A stretch of 64,000 bases of DNA from sequence record FJ373894. The stretch is one strand, 5' to 3'. How positions within the stretch are numbered: the stretch's first letter is position 1; each line of letters begins with the position of its first letter. A model generated the notes under the pieces. That model saw nothing but the letters and a program-made list of their open reading frames with translations. It was not told the DNA's origin and ran no database searches. A program made the translations under genes and the position numbers. Source of the stretch: Shigella phage Ag3. Below, piece by piece: positions 16,593 through 26,191 of the stretch.

Positions 16593-18794
16593 TTAAATTT
16601 TGATCTCTTTCTCTGCCAGTTCGGCAGTGACCTTGTACTTCACACCATCCACTTCAACTTCCATGGTGGACTCTTCCAGGTCGAGGTCGGTGAACCAGCC
16701 GTGGCCAGCAACGATACCATACACCACTTTAGACAGCGTCTTGTTCAGGGCGCGGACTTCGGTGATGGCCGCCTTGGCAGCAGCGTCGATCCAGTTTTCG
16801 ATCAGCTGTTTCTGTACGGCTTCAGGCACGGCAGTGATCGCAGGAGACTTCACGAATGCCTCGTACTCTTTCAGGGCATTGGCGATGAACAAGTCACCCG
16901 CATTGAGTTTCTTGTTCTCGGCAATCTTTTTCTGTACTGCCGCGATGCTAGGCAGAGAAGACGCCCCAGCGATCTTAACGTTCAGCTCACGGCTCATGTA
17001 GACATCCGTGGAGTCCTTCAGTTCGGTCTTCGGTGAGAAGCCGTAATCGCGGATGCCGTAGGAGGACAGGAACTCGGCCGCCTCAGCGCCGTACTGTACT
17101 GCCAGGCCTTTGGCGTTGCCTTTGCCAACCAGTTCATCACGGAAGAACTTCAGCACCTTCTGCTTGCCTTTCAGGGCTTCCAGACGGACGTTGTCAGCAA
17201 AGAACTGAGCAGCACTGATGTTCTTGACCATGGCGCGGTTGACCAGCGGTACGCTTTCCAGGTTCAGGACAAACACTTCCGGACCACCAAACACATGGAC
17301 GCCCATCTGACACAGATTGGTTACAACTTCAACATCAGCCCTGAACGGCAGAGTCTTCACGTTGATGATGCCGTCTTTGACGATGGTGTAGTTGCGCCAC
17401 TGGAAAGTATCCAGTTCTTCAGGCAGACCGAACTTCTTCTGCACGAACTCCGGAATCGCCACAGTGCCGTGTTGGACAGTGCGTACACTGATATTAGGGC
17501 GTTCGGAGTTATAGACCAAATCGCTGATTGGCACAACACCCAGATCGTTGGTAGGTTCGAACGTCGGGTTCCACTCTTCGTGCTCGGCCAGCTTGAGAGC
17601 CAGGGCTTTGCGCTCTTCTTTGGACTCGGCGTTCGCGATCTGTTCTGCCAGCTTGTCTTCGGTATCGTCCAGTTTCTGAGCCGTACCGCGACCGATGCTC
17701 TTGTAGGAGAACATAGGATGTTTGGTAGCAACACACACGCCAGCTTCAGCCAGATACGTCAGCACGTCAACGACGGTCGTCGCATCTTCAGCTGGAACCA
17801 GGTCATAGTCAATACCGTCAACGCCGCGCAGCTGGTCATCAACGATGGCCTGGGTCAGATCAACTTTGATGTTGGAGTAGTCCTGCTTGGTGAAGCAGTT
17901 GCTGTACTGTTTGATGAAGCGAACGTCACCAGTTTTCTTCAGTGCAGCCCACACCAGGTCTGCGTCCATGATGTGTACGCCGTAGAACGCCAGCACGTAT
18001 GCCGCCTGGATGTCCGCCAGTGCATCAAGCTGGTCGATCATGTTAGGATTGACGACCCACAGCTTCGTGACGCTCTCAGGGATGCTCACGTGGCCGATAG
18101 GATGGTCTTCATCCGGCTGTACCGCCAGCACAGTTGCTACGCCGTTTTCAACGTAGATGGCATGATCATACAGCAACGGAACATCAACAACCACTTTCGG
18201 CACCGAGGACTTCAGTACGTTTTCCAGCTCGGTCTGATATTCGGTCTGGCCTTCGGCGAACACGTGAGTCGCGCCGGAACGTTCAGACATCAGAGCCAGC
18301 AGTTCGCGGTTGCAGTACCAGCCGTATTCGATGAATGTGACGTTGTCGAAAGCGGAAGGAAGTTTTTCGGCGGTCTCCAGGATCTCATTGGAGCGCCAGC
18401 AGTTGTCATAACCATCGGTCATGAACGCCAGGTTGTTGACATAGCCAGGCTTCTTCAGACTACGAGCGGTGTCTACAGCCAGACCCAGAGGTTCCACGAA
18501 TCCAGTGCATCCGGACGGTTGTAGGAAGCGGTCGATCAGTTTGTTCAGCTCGCTCAGGTCAGATGCTGCACTAACCTGACGGCCAGCGAACACAGTACCA
18601 AAGTCGCCACGGGATGAGAAATACAGAACACTCACAGTGTCTTCCGGCTTCACCAGAGAAGGCAGGTTCTCCTTCAGATGCTTACGGACTTCAGGGAGCG
18701 CACGGTACATCGAATAAGAGATGTCCACAACGATTACATGGTTGGACGGGGCAGCAGTCGCAACCGCATTCTTAAATTCTAATGATTCAATCAT
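16593..18794 (-). CDS. von Willebrand factor A (VWA) domain protein
   Basis: VIVVDISYSM and FMTDGYDN motifs at N-terminus typical of VWA domains; start moved to ATG at 18794. Confidence 0.6.
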   Translation of the reverse strand: MIESLEFKNAVATAAPSNHVIVVDISYSMYRALPEVRKHLKENLPSLVKPEDTVSVLYFSSRGDFGTVFAGRQVSAASDLSELNKLIDRFLQPSGCTGFVEPLGLAVDTARSLKKPGYVNNLAFMTDGYDNCWRSNEILETAEKLPSAFDNVTFIEYGWYCNRELLALMSERSGATHVFAEGQTEYQTELENVLKSSVPKVVVDVPLLYDHAIYVENGVATVLAVQPDEDHPIGHVSIPESVTKLWVVNPNMIDQLDALADIQAAYVLAFYGVHIMDADLVWAALKKTGDVRFIKQYSNCFTKQDYSNIKVDLTQAIVDDQLRGVDGIDYDLVPAEDATTVVDVLTYLAEAGVCVATKHPMFSYKSIGRGTAQKLDDTEDKLAEQIANAESKEERKALALKLAEHEEWNPTFEPTNDLGVVPISDLVYNSERPNISVRTVQHGTVAIPEFVQKKFGLPEELDTFQWRNYTIVKDGIINVKTLPFRADVEVVTNLCQMGVHVFGGPEVFVLNLESVPLVNRAMVKNISAAQFFADNVRLEALKGKQKVLKFFRDELVGKGNAKGLAVQYGAEAAEFLSSYGIRDYGFSPKTELKDSTDVYMSRELNVKIAGASSLPSIAAVQKKIAENKKLNAGDLFIANALKEYEAFVKSPAITAVPEAVQKQLIENWIDAAAKAAITEVRALNKTLSKVVYGIVAGHGWFTDLDLEESTMEVEVDGVKYKVTAELAEKEIKI

Positions 18795-18957
18795 CGTTAT
18801 TGCCTTCTTCAGGGTTGTCTTCGGCCTCACCTTCCGGCTTGACCAGCATGTGTTCCAGGAAATCGCGATTGAGTTCAATCTGACTCATCAGCGTTTCCGA
18901 TGGGCTAAAGCGGCGGTCGAGGTTGTCGACGCCCGCACGTTCAAATGGTTTGGCCAT
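18787..18957 (-). CDS. hypothetical small acidic protein
   Basis: Internal start of ORF 18787..19014; position only. Confidence 0.3.
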   Translation of the reverse strand: MAKPFERAGVDNLDRRFSPSETLMSQIELNRDFLEHMLVKPEGEAEDNPEEGNNDD

Positions 18958-18958
18958 A

Positions 18959-19318
18959 TCAGCCGCCCTTGACTTCAGTAACGCCAGGGATCGACCGCAG
19001 GGCTTGGCGAACATCGGCGACCTTGTCCTTCTCCACAGTCACCACAATGAACGAGAAGTTCCTTTGTTTACGCCATTTCTTGAAGTGTGAGACAAGCTGT
19101 ACTTCGTTTTCTTCTGCGCCGCTTCCCCCTTCTACAGGGACGTAAACGACACCAGATTCAATAACTACATCGGCGTCATCGGGGATATCTGCGTCTACAT
19201 CTTCGCGATATTCACCATTGACTTTGATGCAATGATCGTCGTGCCAAGCGCCGTTCACCCAATATTCATCATCGTGGTAGTACGCATTGAATTCCGCGCC
19301 TTTCATCTTCACAGACAT
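18959..19318 (-). CDS. hypothetical protein with RAM/ACT-like C-terminus
   Basis: FSFIVVTVEKDKVADVRQALRSIPGVTEV resembles Lrp/AsnC RAM-domain pattern. Confidence 0.4.
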   Translation of the reverse strand: MSVKMKGAEFNAYYHDDEYWVNGAWHDDHCIKVNGEYREDVDADIPDDADVVIESGVVYVPVEGGSGAEENEVQLVSHFKKWRKQRNFSFIVVTVEKDKVADVRQALRSIPGVTEVKGG

Positions 19319-19360
19319 CAGGTTTCCCTCAAAACAGGGGAGTTGCCTCCCCTTCGGTTA

Positions 19361-21004
19361 TCAGATTTGTGAGGCCAGTTCCGCCACCAGAGGAGCGGCG
19401 CGGACACGCGCATCTTCCAGAGTTTGAGTGTTGAAGAACTTGCCGTCACGATACACCAGCTGGTGCTGGTTGTCGGCGTCTTGTACCTGATCAAAGGTGA
19501 TACCGTCAACCAACACTAGTTTACCCTGAGAGTCTTTAATGACTTTAAGGAAACCACGCGCAGACTTTTTAGTCCCGCCTTTATCGGTCTTCGGCTCTTT
19601 GAAGATCTCACGGAATTCACCGTTCACCTTACCAGCCGTTGCTTTCACCGCCGTGCCAGTACTGTCACGGGTGTTCATCTGGTAGGTGTAGGAACCGATA
19701 CCGAACACCACGTTGATGGAAGCGAAGTTCCGGCCAGCCAGACGGCTAAAGATCTGGTCTTCACGCGCCAGGGTGATGGAGTCGCCGTAAATCAGACCGA
19801 TGTGTTCGTCCAACAGGAAGTGGCCAGTTTCGGTCTGGGTCCCGCCAAAGATCTCCCACAGGCGCTGGATAGAGCCGACTGCTTCAGAACGGCTGATGAT
19901 ATTACGGTCGTCTGCCATCAGAGAGTTGATCGTGCCTTCGCCTGTAATCAGGTGATAGGTGTTCGTCTCTTCGATGTGAATGACTTCGGTGCTGCTAGAC
20001 ACGCCGCTGATGTTCAGCGTGGCGCGGTCTTTGAACCCCTCAATTCGGTAGCCGCCGACGATATGAACTGGGTCGCCCGAGTCAGGGCGGATCACGACTT
20101 TACCGTTACGCGCCATGATAATATCTTTCAGGCGCGGCAGATAGTCGTCGATGACCTGCCAGTAATCCCACGCATCAGACACGATGCTGACGATGCCATC
20201 AGGATACACGTCCTGCACCAGGCGGCGGAAGGTTTCGAATTCGCCATCCTTCGTACCCATACACATCACGGCGTGTTCGGTAGCCGCAACAGAACCAGCA
20301 ACGACATAGTCTTCGTCGATGTCTGCGCCATAATACTCTTCAACGAACGTGCGCCCACCGTCGCAGATATCATCGACCACCACCAGATAACGGTCTTTGA
20401 TCAGTTCAGGGTTTGTAATGCTCACCCCAATGATCTCACCAGTCTTGGTGTCACGGTTCTTGTGTCCGTAGACAACAGGAACGCCATCCAATGACAGGCT
20501 GAGGGCTTCGGTCTTCTTCGCCGCGCCGCCGTCAGGAGCTACCAGCACAGCGTTGTTCCCACGGATGAACCAGCCCAGATACTGCCGCACGATGTAATCT
20601 TGCGGGACAACATGGACGTTGTTGATCAGAGAAGTCACAACATGGCTGTGAGGGTCTTTGATCGCCACACGGTCAAAGTTCATGCTATTGATGAACTCAG
20701 CCGCCCACTTCACGGACAGAGGCTCTCCGAAGTCGCAATGGCGGTCCTGGCGAGCATACGGGAAGTAAGGGATATACGCATGGAAGGTCGTCAGACGGTC
20801 CACGTTACCCAGGCCGCGCACGGCGTTAACCAGCAGTGCCAGCTCAACGAAGTCGGCTGATGATTTGATGTGGGCATCAATCACCACGTTCTGGACGTGG
20901 CCGACAGGGATACCAGCCTTTTGGATCTTGATATGTTCCTCACCACCTGGGAAGGTGAAGTGTTTGTAGAACACATCTTGGTCGTTCAATTTCAAACGAA
21001 ACAT
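19361..21004 (-). CDS. fusion protein: ribose-phosphate pyrophosphokinase (Prs)-like N-domain plus nicotinamide phosphoribosyltransferase (NAMPT)-like C-domain
   Basis: N-terminus has IPYFPYARQDR and VVVDDICDGGRT (Prs motifs); C-terminus has VSDAWDYW, VIRPDSGDP, GLIYGDS and a long stretch alignable to NAMPT; single uninterrupted ORF; GAGG RBS. Confidence 0.75.
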   Translation of the reverse strand: MFRLKLNDQDVFYKHFTFPGGEEHIKIQKAGIPVGHVQNVVIDAHIKSSADFVELALLVNAVRGLGNVDRLTTFHAYIPYFPYARQDRHCDFGEPLSVKWAAEFINSMNFDRVAIKDPHSHVVTSLINNVHVVPQDYIVRQYLGWFIRGNNAVLVAPDGGAAKKTEALSLSLDGVPVVYGHKNRDTKTGEIIGVSITNPELIKDRYLVVVDDICDGGRTFVEEYYGADIDEDYVVAGSVAATEHAVMCMGTKDGEFETFRRLVQDVYPDGIVSIVSDAWDYWQVIDDYLPRLKDIIMARNGKVVIRPDSGDPVHIVGGYRIEGFKDRATLNISGVSSSTEVIHIEETNTYHLITGEGTINSLMADDRNIISRSEAVGSIQRLWEIFGGTQTETGHFLLDEHIGLIYGDSITLAREDQIFSRLAGRNFASINVVFGIGSYTYQMNTRDSTGTAVKATAGKVNGEFREIFKEPKTDKGGTKKSARGFLKVIKDSQGKLVLVDGITFDQVQDADNQHQLVYRDGKFFNTQTLEDARVRAAPLVAELASQI

Positions 21005-21114
21005 AATGTAGCCTCATGGTGTATTGTACAGCCGTATTATACTGTGATGCACAAATTGAAACACCCAGCAAATATACTGGGCGTCATTGATATTGAAGGA
21101 GTTTGATAATTCAG

Positions 21115-21909
21115 TTATTTGTAGGAATCGACGATGGCCTTGAACAGCGCGTCCTTCTGGTCGGTTGGGATATAATCCGCCGGAGCCAGCAAGAGCCGCC
21201 TGATGTCTTCACAGCAGCCTTTCTGTTCTTCGGCGCTCATCTTATCCCAAGTGGTGGCATTAAAGTAGATCCCACCCTTGTAAGCCGCCGTGCAAGTCTT
21301 GGCCAGGCGAACAACGAGTTCAGAATACAGTTCATCAGGCCGCATGTGTGAACGCAAATATGTTTCCACTCTGGCCTGGACTTTGCTGTTGTGTTGGTCA
21401 TTGTGAAGTTCGTTGTCGGTATGAATAAATTCAGCACCGAATCCGCGACTTGGGTCTCGTGGATGATGGAACACGAAAGACTGGCTATGACCTTTCAAGA
21501 ATTCCATCCCAGCCATATGATTTATCTTCCCCCTTTCGGAGATGTACTGCAAGATATCTATCTTCGCATCGGCGGTGGCCGCCTCCAACATCTGCTTCTC
21601 CACAACGGCGCGGTAGGCTTCCAGTTCCCACAACTGGGAGAAGGTCTTGTCATAGGCCAGCTTCTTACCCAACTCTTCATCAAAGTTGGCAGGGTCGATG
21701 GAAGTAGAGCTATTCTTGCCCCAGACGACGAAGCCGTTGTCCATCTTGAAGTGGCAGGTGATGACACGATGACCGCCGACTTCACGGTCTTCATAGATGA
21801 CTTCGGCAATGTGGGACTTCAGGAGGTCTGGAGACAGCTTCAGACCTTCGCGAACAGATTTACCCTTCAGCTCAACACCTTTGGGTTCATTACGATTGAT
21901 GGTTGCCAT
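21115..21909 (-). CDS. hypothetical protein
   Basis: ORF 21115..21942; start at internal ATG 21909. Confidence 0.5.
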   Translation of the reverse strand: MATINRNEPKGVELKGKSVREGLKLSPDLLKSHIAEVIYEDREVGGHRVITCHFKMDNGFVVWGKNSSTSIDPANFDEELGKKLAYDKTFSQLWELEAYRAVVEKQMLEAATADAKIDILQYISERGKINHMAGMEFLKGHSQSFVFHHPRDPSRGFGAEFIHTDNELHNDQHNSKVQARVETYLRSHMRPDELYSELVVRLAKTCTAAYKGGIYFNATTWDKMSAEEQKGCCEDIRRLLLAPADYIPTDQKDALFKAIVDSYK

Positions 21910-22291
21910 TCTGTGTTTCCCGTAATTGGTTGCATACAACAACTACTTTACGGCACATGTCGATATCGAACAAGCCAATATGACACTCACGCTTCTTTAT
22001 CCCCAGCTTATGCGCCAGCCAACTGTAAGCGTCGCTTCTGCTCCTCTCTCCGCTTTTCCACAATGGGTCAAACGATCTATGGGCTTTTCGCTTCTCGGCA
22101 CGGAGAGCGGCATTCGCCATCCTTCCCAGAGGTTGTCTGCCGTCTCCATGGGCATGGCAACCGACACGAGCGTCACATGGAGTGCATACCCAGAACTTCA
22201 GATTGCGGAGGTCAGGGCGATGAGGGTGGAGGACGTCACCACCGACGAATTCGGCTGGGAGGCCACAGTAATCACAGATGACAGGTTTCAT
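21890..22291 (-). CDS. Cys-rich zinc-ribbon protein (DUF3268-like, tentative)
   Basis: CDYCG...CTPCDARVGCHAH pattern; start moved to 22291. Confidence 0.45.
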   Translation of the reverse strand: MKPVICDYCGLPAEFVGGDVLHPHRPDLRNLKFWVCTPCDARVGCHAHGDGRQPLGRMANAALRAEKRKAHRSFDPLWKSGERSRSDAYSWLAHKLGIKKRECHIGLFDIDMCRKVVVVCNQLRETQNGNHQS

Positions 22292-22305
22292 ATTCTTTGT
22301 CCAAA

Positions 22306-22326
22306 AGAAACCCCGCACATGGCGGG
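22306..22326 (-). terminator. terminator-like hairpin
   Basis: CCCCGC-acatg-GCGGGG followed by TTTCTTTTGG on minus strand. Confidence 0.5.
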
Positions 22327-22351
22327 GTTGCTCAGGCCGAGGCCAACAGGG

Positions 22352-22723
22352 TTATTTCAGCAACGCTTCCAGTTCTTCAACAGATTTGTTTTCCAGCTCC
22401 TGCTGTTTCTTACGCTGGATCAACTCCAGGATAACCTGGTTGTTCGCCTTACGCTCTGCCGCGTCTTTGCTGTCGTCACGCTCTTTCAGCTTAACGCCGA
22501 TGATGTGCTTGACAACGTCGAAGCGCAGCTGCAGTTCGGAGTCAACGGCGCTTTTGGTGCCGATGAAATCTTCTTCATCAGTTTCCGCTGCCTTCACCTG
22601 ACGGCTCAGGCTCTTCGCCATTTCGTTCAGGGCATTCAGGCTCAGATCCCAAACCTGCTCAACAGACAGCAGACCTTTGTTGGATTCGAAGCGCAGTTTC
22701 AGACGGGTTGCTTTATCGAACAT
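22352..22723 (-). CDS. hypothetical protein
   Basis: 123-codon ORF, terminator hairpin downstream. Confidence 0.5.
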   Translation of the reverse strand: MFDKATRLKLRFESNKGLLSVEQVWDLSLNALNEMAKSLSRQVKAAETDEEDFIGTKSAVDSELQLRFDVVKHIIGVKLKERDDSKDAAERKANNQVILELIQRKKQQELENKSVEELEALLK

Positions 22724-22767
22724 TTTACTATCCTCAATGATGAATGGGTTACAATTTCAAATTAGGT

Positions 22768-24786
22768 TTAGAACACAACTTTCACAGTGCGGTTGAACGA
22801 GCCGCTCACCTTCACGAACACGTGGTTGCGTTGGGTGGTAGAGAAGCCCAGACCGGACAGCTGCTCAGTGCTTGGCTGTACTTTAATCTTACCGCCTAAC
22901 ATTTCAAAAACCTTGCGGTGTTTATCAAGTTCCGGCTTCAGATATTCGTTGTAGAAGCCACGAGTGCCGACAGGGTTAGCACAACCTTCCAGGATGAAGA
23001 ACACGTGCTTGTTGCCCGTCTGCTCGCCGTCCCAATGGTTTGGTGAGTTCAGAACCAGCTGCACTTTCTGGAATACCGAGGTCTTGATGCCCCAGATTTC
23101 CTGCGAGCGTTCGTCGTCCTTCAGGGTAGAACGGATGTCTACCACTTGTCCAGCGCGGACATCAATCACAACAGCCAGAGTGCGATCTTTGTGCTTCAGG
23201 CCAGGATGCGAAAAACGCTTGGTCTGGCCTTTGTATTCAACTTCGATTTCGAAGCCCATATCACAGGTTTCACGCTGGCTGAAGTTAGTGACATAGAACT
23301 CGTACAGACCATCACGCAGCTTGCGTTCATCGCTGAAGAAGATGTTCTCCACCGGGCGGCGGTTGGGGTCAATACCGTCCATACCGTTCATGTCGATATC
23401 CAGGGTTGCGCCAGTTGCCGAGCGACGGTTGTGGTAATACACATGATTGTGTAAAGGATCGTTCAGGCTCAGATCCAGGTCATCGTTGTTATGCCACGCC
23501 AGGGACACACGGAGGAAACCGTCAACGTTGCCGCCTGCCGTCTTCACGCGCTCTTTGATGGAGTCGGCCACTTCACCGTTGTATGACCAGCTGAAGCCGT
23601 TGTTCCACTTGAACAGGTTAGGAGCGCCTGCGGTAGCCGGGGCGATCAGGGACATCAGGTTGCCAGTGTGAGAGTTTTCAACCAGCACTTCCAGGGAATG
23701 CGCCTTTGGCAACACGTTGGTCAGGAAGTCGTCGATGGTGATTTCTTCAACCTTGTCCAGGGACTTGGTCGGAGTCTTCACTTCAGACGCCAGCTGAGCA
23801 AACGGGTCCATCTTCTTCTGCGCTGCCAGGTCGGCAAACAAAACGTTGTTGATGGTCAGGTCGTCATATACAGCATAACGGCGGCCAAGGGATTCGGTCA
23901 GACCCAGCGCTTCGACTTCTTTCTGTGCGTTTTCAATCATGGACTTCGTGACCAGTGCAGTCGGGCGCTTATAGTTCTGAGGAGCGACTTTGGCTTCAAA
24001 GGACTTCACGGCGGTTTCCAGATCCCGACCTTCGTTGAGGTCTACCAACAGAGAGCCAATCACGGTATTACGGATGCCGTGAGGGGTGTGTCCGTTTGCA
24101 CGGTAGCCAGTACGCCAAGCCCACAGAGCGCGTTTCTCTTCTGCAGTTTGTTCGTACAGGGTCTTGCTCGTCACGAACGCCTGCACAGCAGCTTTGTGCT
24201 CTTCACCACGATACAGAGAATTCTGATCAATCAGTTCCAGAACGATTTCGGCCGATTCCAGAGACAGTTCACGCAGGCCGCGCTCAAACACTTCAATCGC
24301 CTGGCGGATTTCACCCTTCTTAGAAGCGATGACATCAGCCCGCAGAACATAGCTGGGCAGCAGGTCGGTGTGGAAGTGGTTGTAGGTGCGGACATTACCG
24401 TCTTTCATTTCGTGATTCGACTCAACACCGACTTTCTTGGTATCGTTGAAGTACACGTCGACGATTGCGTGTTGCTTGACATACGCAGACAGCGCCGCAG
24501 CGACAACGTCGTATTCGTTACCCAGCTGAATGTTATCCCAGATAGAGATCACGTTCAGGTCGGCGTCGATGGTCACCACACCGCCGATGTTACGGATGAA
24601 TTGTTTGCAGCAGGTGCAGTCGTGCTCGGTACGCTCACGGTAAAGCGGGTTGGTGCCAGCAGGGAAAGAAGACAGATACAGATCCCACAGAGCATCTTTA
24701 TCGATGTTGGTCATGAACAGACCAGTTGCTGACATGGCCAGCACGTTGTTATTAACAGCTACTGCGAAGGGCTTAAATTCTGACAT
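22768..24786 (-). CDS. hypothetical large protein (672 aa)
   Basis: Long ORF, start preceded by AGGAAGACTACATC variant of the conserved initiation motif; no motif recognised. Confidence 0.6.
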   Translation of the reverse strand: MSEFKPFAVAVNNNVLAMSATGLFMTNIDKDALWDLYLSSFPAGTNPLYRERTEHDCTCCKQFIRNIGGVVTIDADLNVISIWDNIQLGNEYDVVAAALSAYVKQHAIVDVYFNDTKKVGVESNHEMKDGNVRTYNHFHTDLLPSYVLRADVIASKKGEIRQAIEVFERGLRELSLESAEIVLELIDQNSLYRGEEHKAAVQAFVTSKTLYEQTAEEKRALWAWRTGYRANGHTPHGIRNTVIGSLLVDLNEGRDLETAVKSFEAKVAPQNYKRPTALVTKSMIENAQKEVEALGLTESLGRRYAVYDDLTINNVLFADLAAQKKMDPFAQLASEVKTPTKSLDKVEEITIDDFLTNVLPKAHSLEVLVENSHTGNLMSLIAPATAGAPNLFKWNNGFSWSYNGEVADSIKERVKTAGGNVDGFLRVSLAWHNNDDLDLSLNDPLHNHVYYHNRRSATGATLDIDMNGMDGIDPNRRPVENIFFSDERKLRDGLYEFYVTNFSQRETCDMGFEIEVEYKGQTKRFSHPGLKHKDRTLAVVIDVRAGQVVDIRSTLKDDERSQEIWGIKTSVFQKVQLVLNSPNHWDGEQTGNKHVFFILEGCANPVGTRGFYNEYLKPELDKHRKVFEMLGGKIKVQPSTEQLSGLGFSTTQRNHVFVKVSGSFNRTVKVVF

Positions 24787-24901
24787 GATGTAGTCTTCCT
24801 GTTTCAGTTCAAATGTGCGCCCCGTTTGCCAGGGCGCTTCGTTTAAGTGAGGTCAATAATACGTTGAAAAAAGTTATTGAAGAATGAAGTAAAGGGAATC
24901 T

Positions 24902-26122
24902 TTATTCAGGTTTCTTCAAACGGTCCAGCAAATTGACGGAACCACGTTTGAGCACGACTTCATCACAGCGCTTTTTGTATTCCCCACCGCCGTCATAGCT
25001 GACCTTGCCCCGAGGTTTTTCGCCGCGCCCAACCGCCTCAACACAGCGAGTGTACTTGCTCAGTTCACAGAACATGTTCTCCAGCTGCATAACGTTCATG
25101 CATTGGTCTACAGGCTCTTCGGCCGACCAGAATTGCTCGCGAACATACCCATATTGGGAGTACACTGCGTCCTGATTATCCCGTAGCCAGAATATGCATT
25201 CTTCGTGAGTCATGCCGTCCTTGTTCAGGAACAGCAGATCAATACCTGCGCGACAGCCCGGTCCGGCGATCGTGAAGTGGTTCTCACTGAACGGATAACC
25301 AGGCATGTACGTGAAGTCAACCCAGATCTGGTATGCCAGGAATGGACCAAGACCTTCGATGTCGTCGTACATGCGCTGGTATACTTCCAGAGGAGTACCA
25401 AGGCGCAGCAGGTCATGGAAGTAATTTGGATACTTGTTGACGAATGCCTTCAGGGAACGGATGACACGCATTGGCATGTACGGCTCCCAGCCTTCTATGG
25501 TGTAGAAGTCCGGCTCTGCTTCAGCAATAGCCTTGGCTTCCTTATAATCCATGTTCTGGGTCGAACCGTCCTTACAGATCAGGTTCACCATCATCCCACC
25601 GAAGCGCTGCTCTTTGTGGTTGACAACCAGCTCAGGGAAAGCCAGGCATTGCTTCAGACCGCCTGTGTTGAAGGCATTGGTGAATACTTTACCGCCGTCG
25701 GCCTCGAACTTCTGAAGTCGTTCGCGGGTTGCGTCAAGGTTGATCTTGGCGAATTCTTTGATCGTCATCGCGCCGCCGATAGCCTGGATCGGATCCCAGA
25801 GGTTGAACATGCGGAACAGAACGCAGTTGAACATCTTGTCTGCCATGCCCAGAGCATCGTTCTTGACGATGTTATTGATCAGGTTGAGAGACTGCCTGTC
25901 GTGCTCTCTCCGGACGTTACAGAACTTGACCTGCCGTAGTATAGGATTATTGGTCCAAGGGGCAGGAAGACGCTGGACGTCCTTCTTGACGTGGATCTTA
26001 TAGCGCTCGCTCATCCATTCGTAAGACAGGCGGGTATGGGTCGGACTGAGAACCGGTTTGGCCGACTTTATCTTTTCTTCACGGACACCGCAGTACGGGA
26101 CGTCCAGGGCTTTATCTTTCAT
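24902..26122 (-). CDS. hypothetical protein (406 aa)
   Basis: Long ORF with AGAGGA RBS; no motif recognised. Confidence 0.6.
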   Translation of the reverse strand: MKDKALDVPYCGVREEKIKSAKPVLSPTHTRLSYEWMSERYKIHVKKDVQRLPAPWTNNPILRQVKFCNVRREHDRQSLNLINNIVKNDALGMADKMFNCVLFRMFNLWDPIQAIGGAMTIKEFAKINLDATRERLQKFEADGGKVFTNAFNTGGLKQCLAFPELVVNHKEQRFGGMMVNLICKDGSTQNMDYKEAKAIAEAEPDFYTIEGWEPYMPMRVIRSLKAFVNKYPNYFHDLLRLGTPLEVYQRMYDDIEGLGPFLAYQIWVDFTYMPGYPFSENHFTIAGPGCRAGIDLLFLNKDGMTHEECIFWLRDNQDAVYSQYGYVREQFWSAEEPVDQCMNVMQLENMFCELSKYTRCVEAVGRGEKPRGKVSYDGGGEYKKRCDEVVLKRGSVNLLDRLKKPE

Positions 26123-26139
26123 GGTATCCTCTTAGAATA

Positions 26140-26171
26140 CGAAAAACAGAGGCCATTATAGCCTCTGTTGT
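26140..26171 (-). terminator. rho-independent terminator
   Basis: AACAGAGGC-cattata-GCCTCTGTT followed by TTTTTCGTATTC on minus strand. Confidence 0.6.
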
Positions 26172-26191
26172 TTAGTGAATAACTGTATATC

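Noticed and set aside
16167-18524. Plus-strand ORFs of 289 and 409 aa opposite the VWA gene
   Set aside because: Antisense to a gene with clear VWA motifs; biased low-complexity composition; no start context
19318-19509. 63-aa minus-strand ORF overlapping the 3' end of the Prs/NAMPT ORF
   Set aside because: Out-of-frame overlap with a region of strong NAMPT similarity
19361-21004. Reading the Prs/NAMPT ORF as two adjacent genes
   Set aside because: No stop codon and no alternative-frame ORF of 60 codons or more covering the missing domains; a sequencing indel at the junction is still possible
21926-22765. 279-aa plus-strand ORF
   Set aside because: Spans two minus-strand genes and a terminator hairpin; no start context
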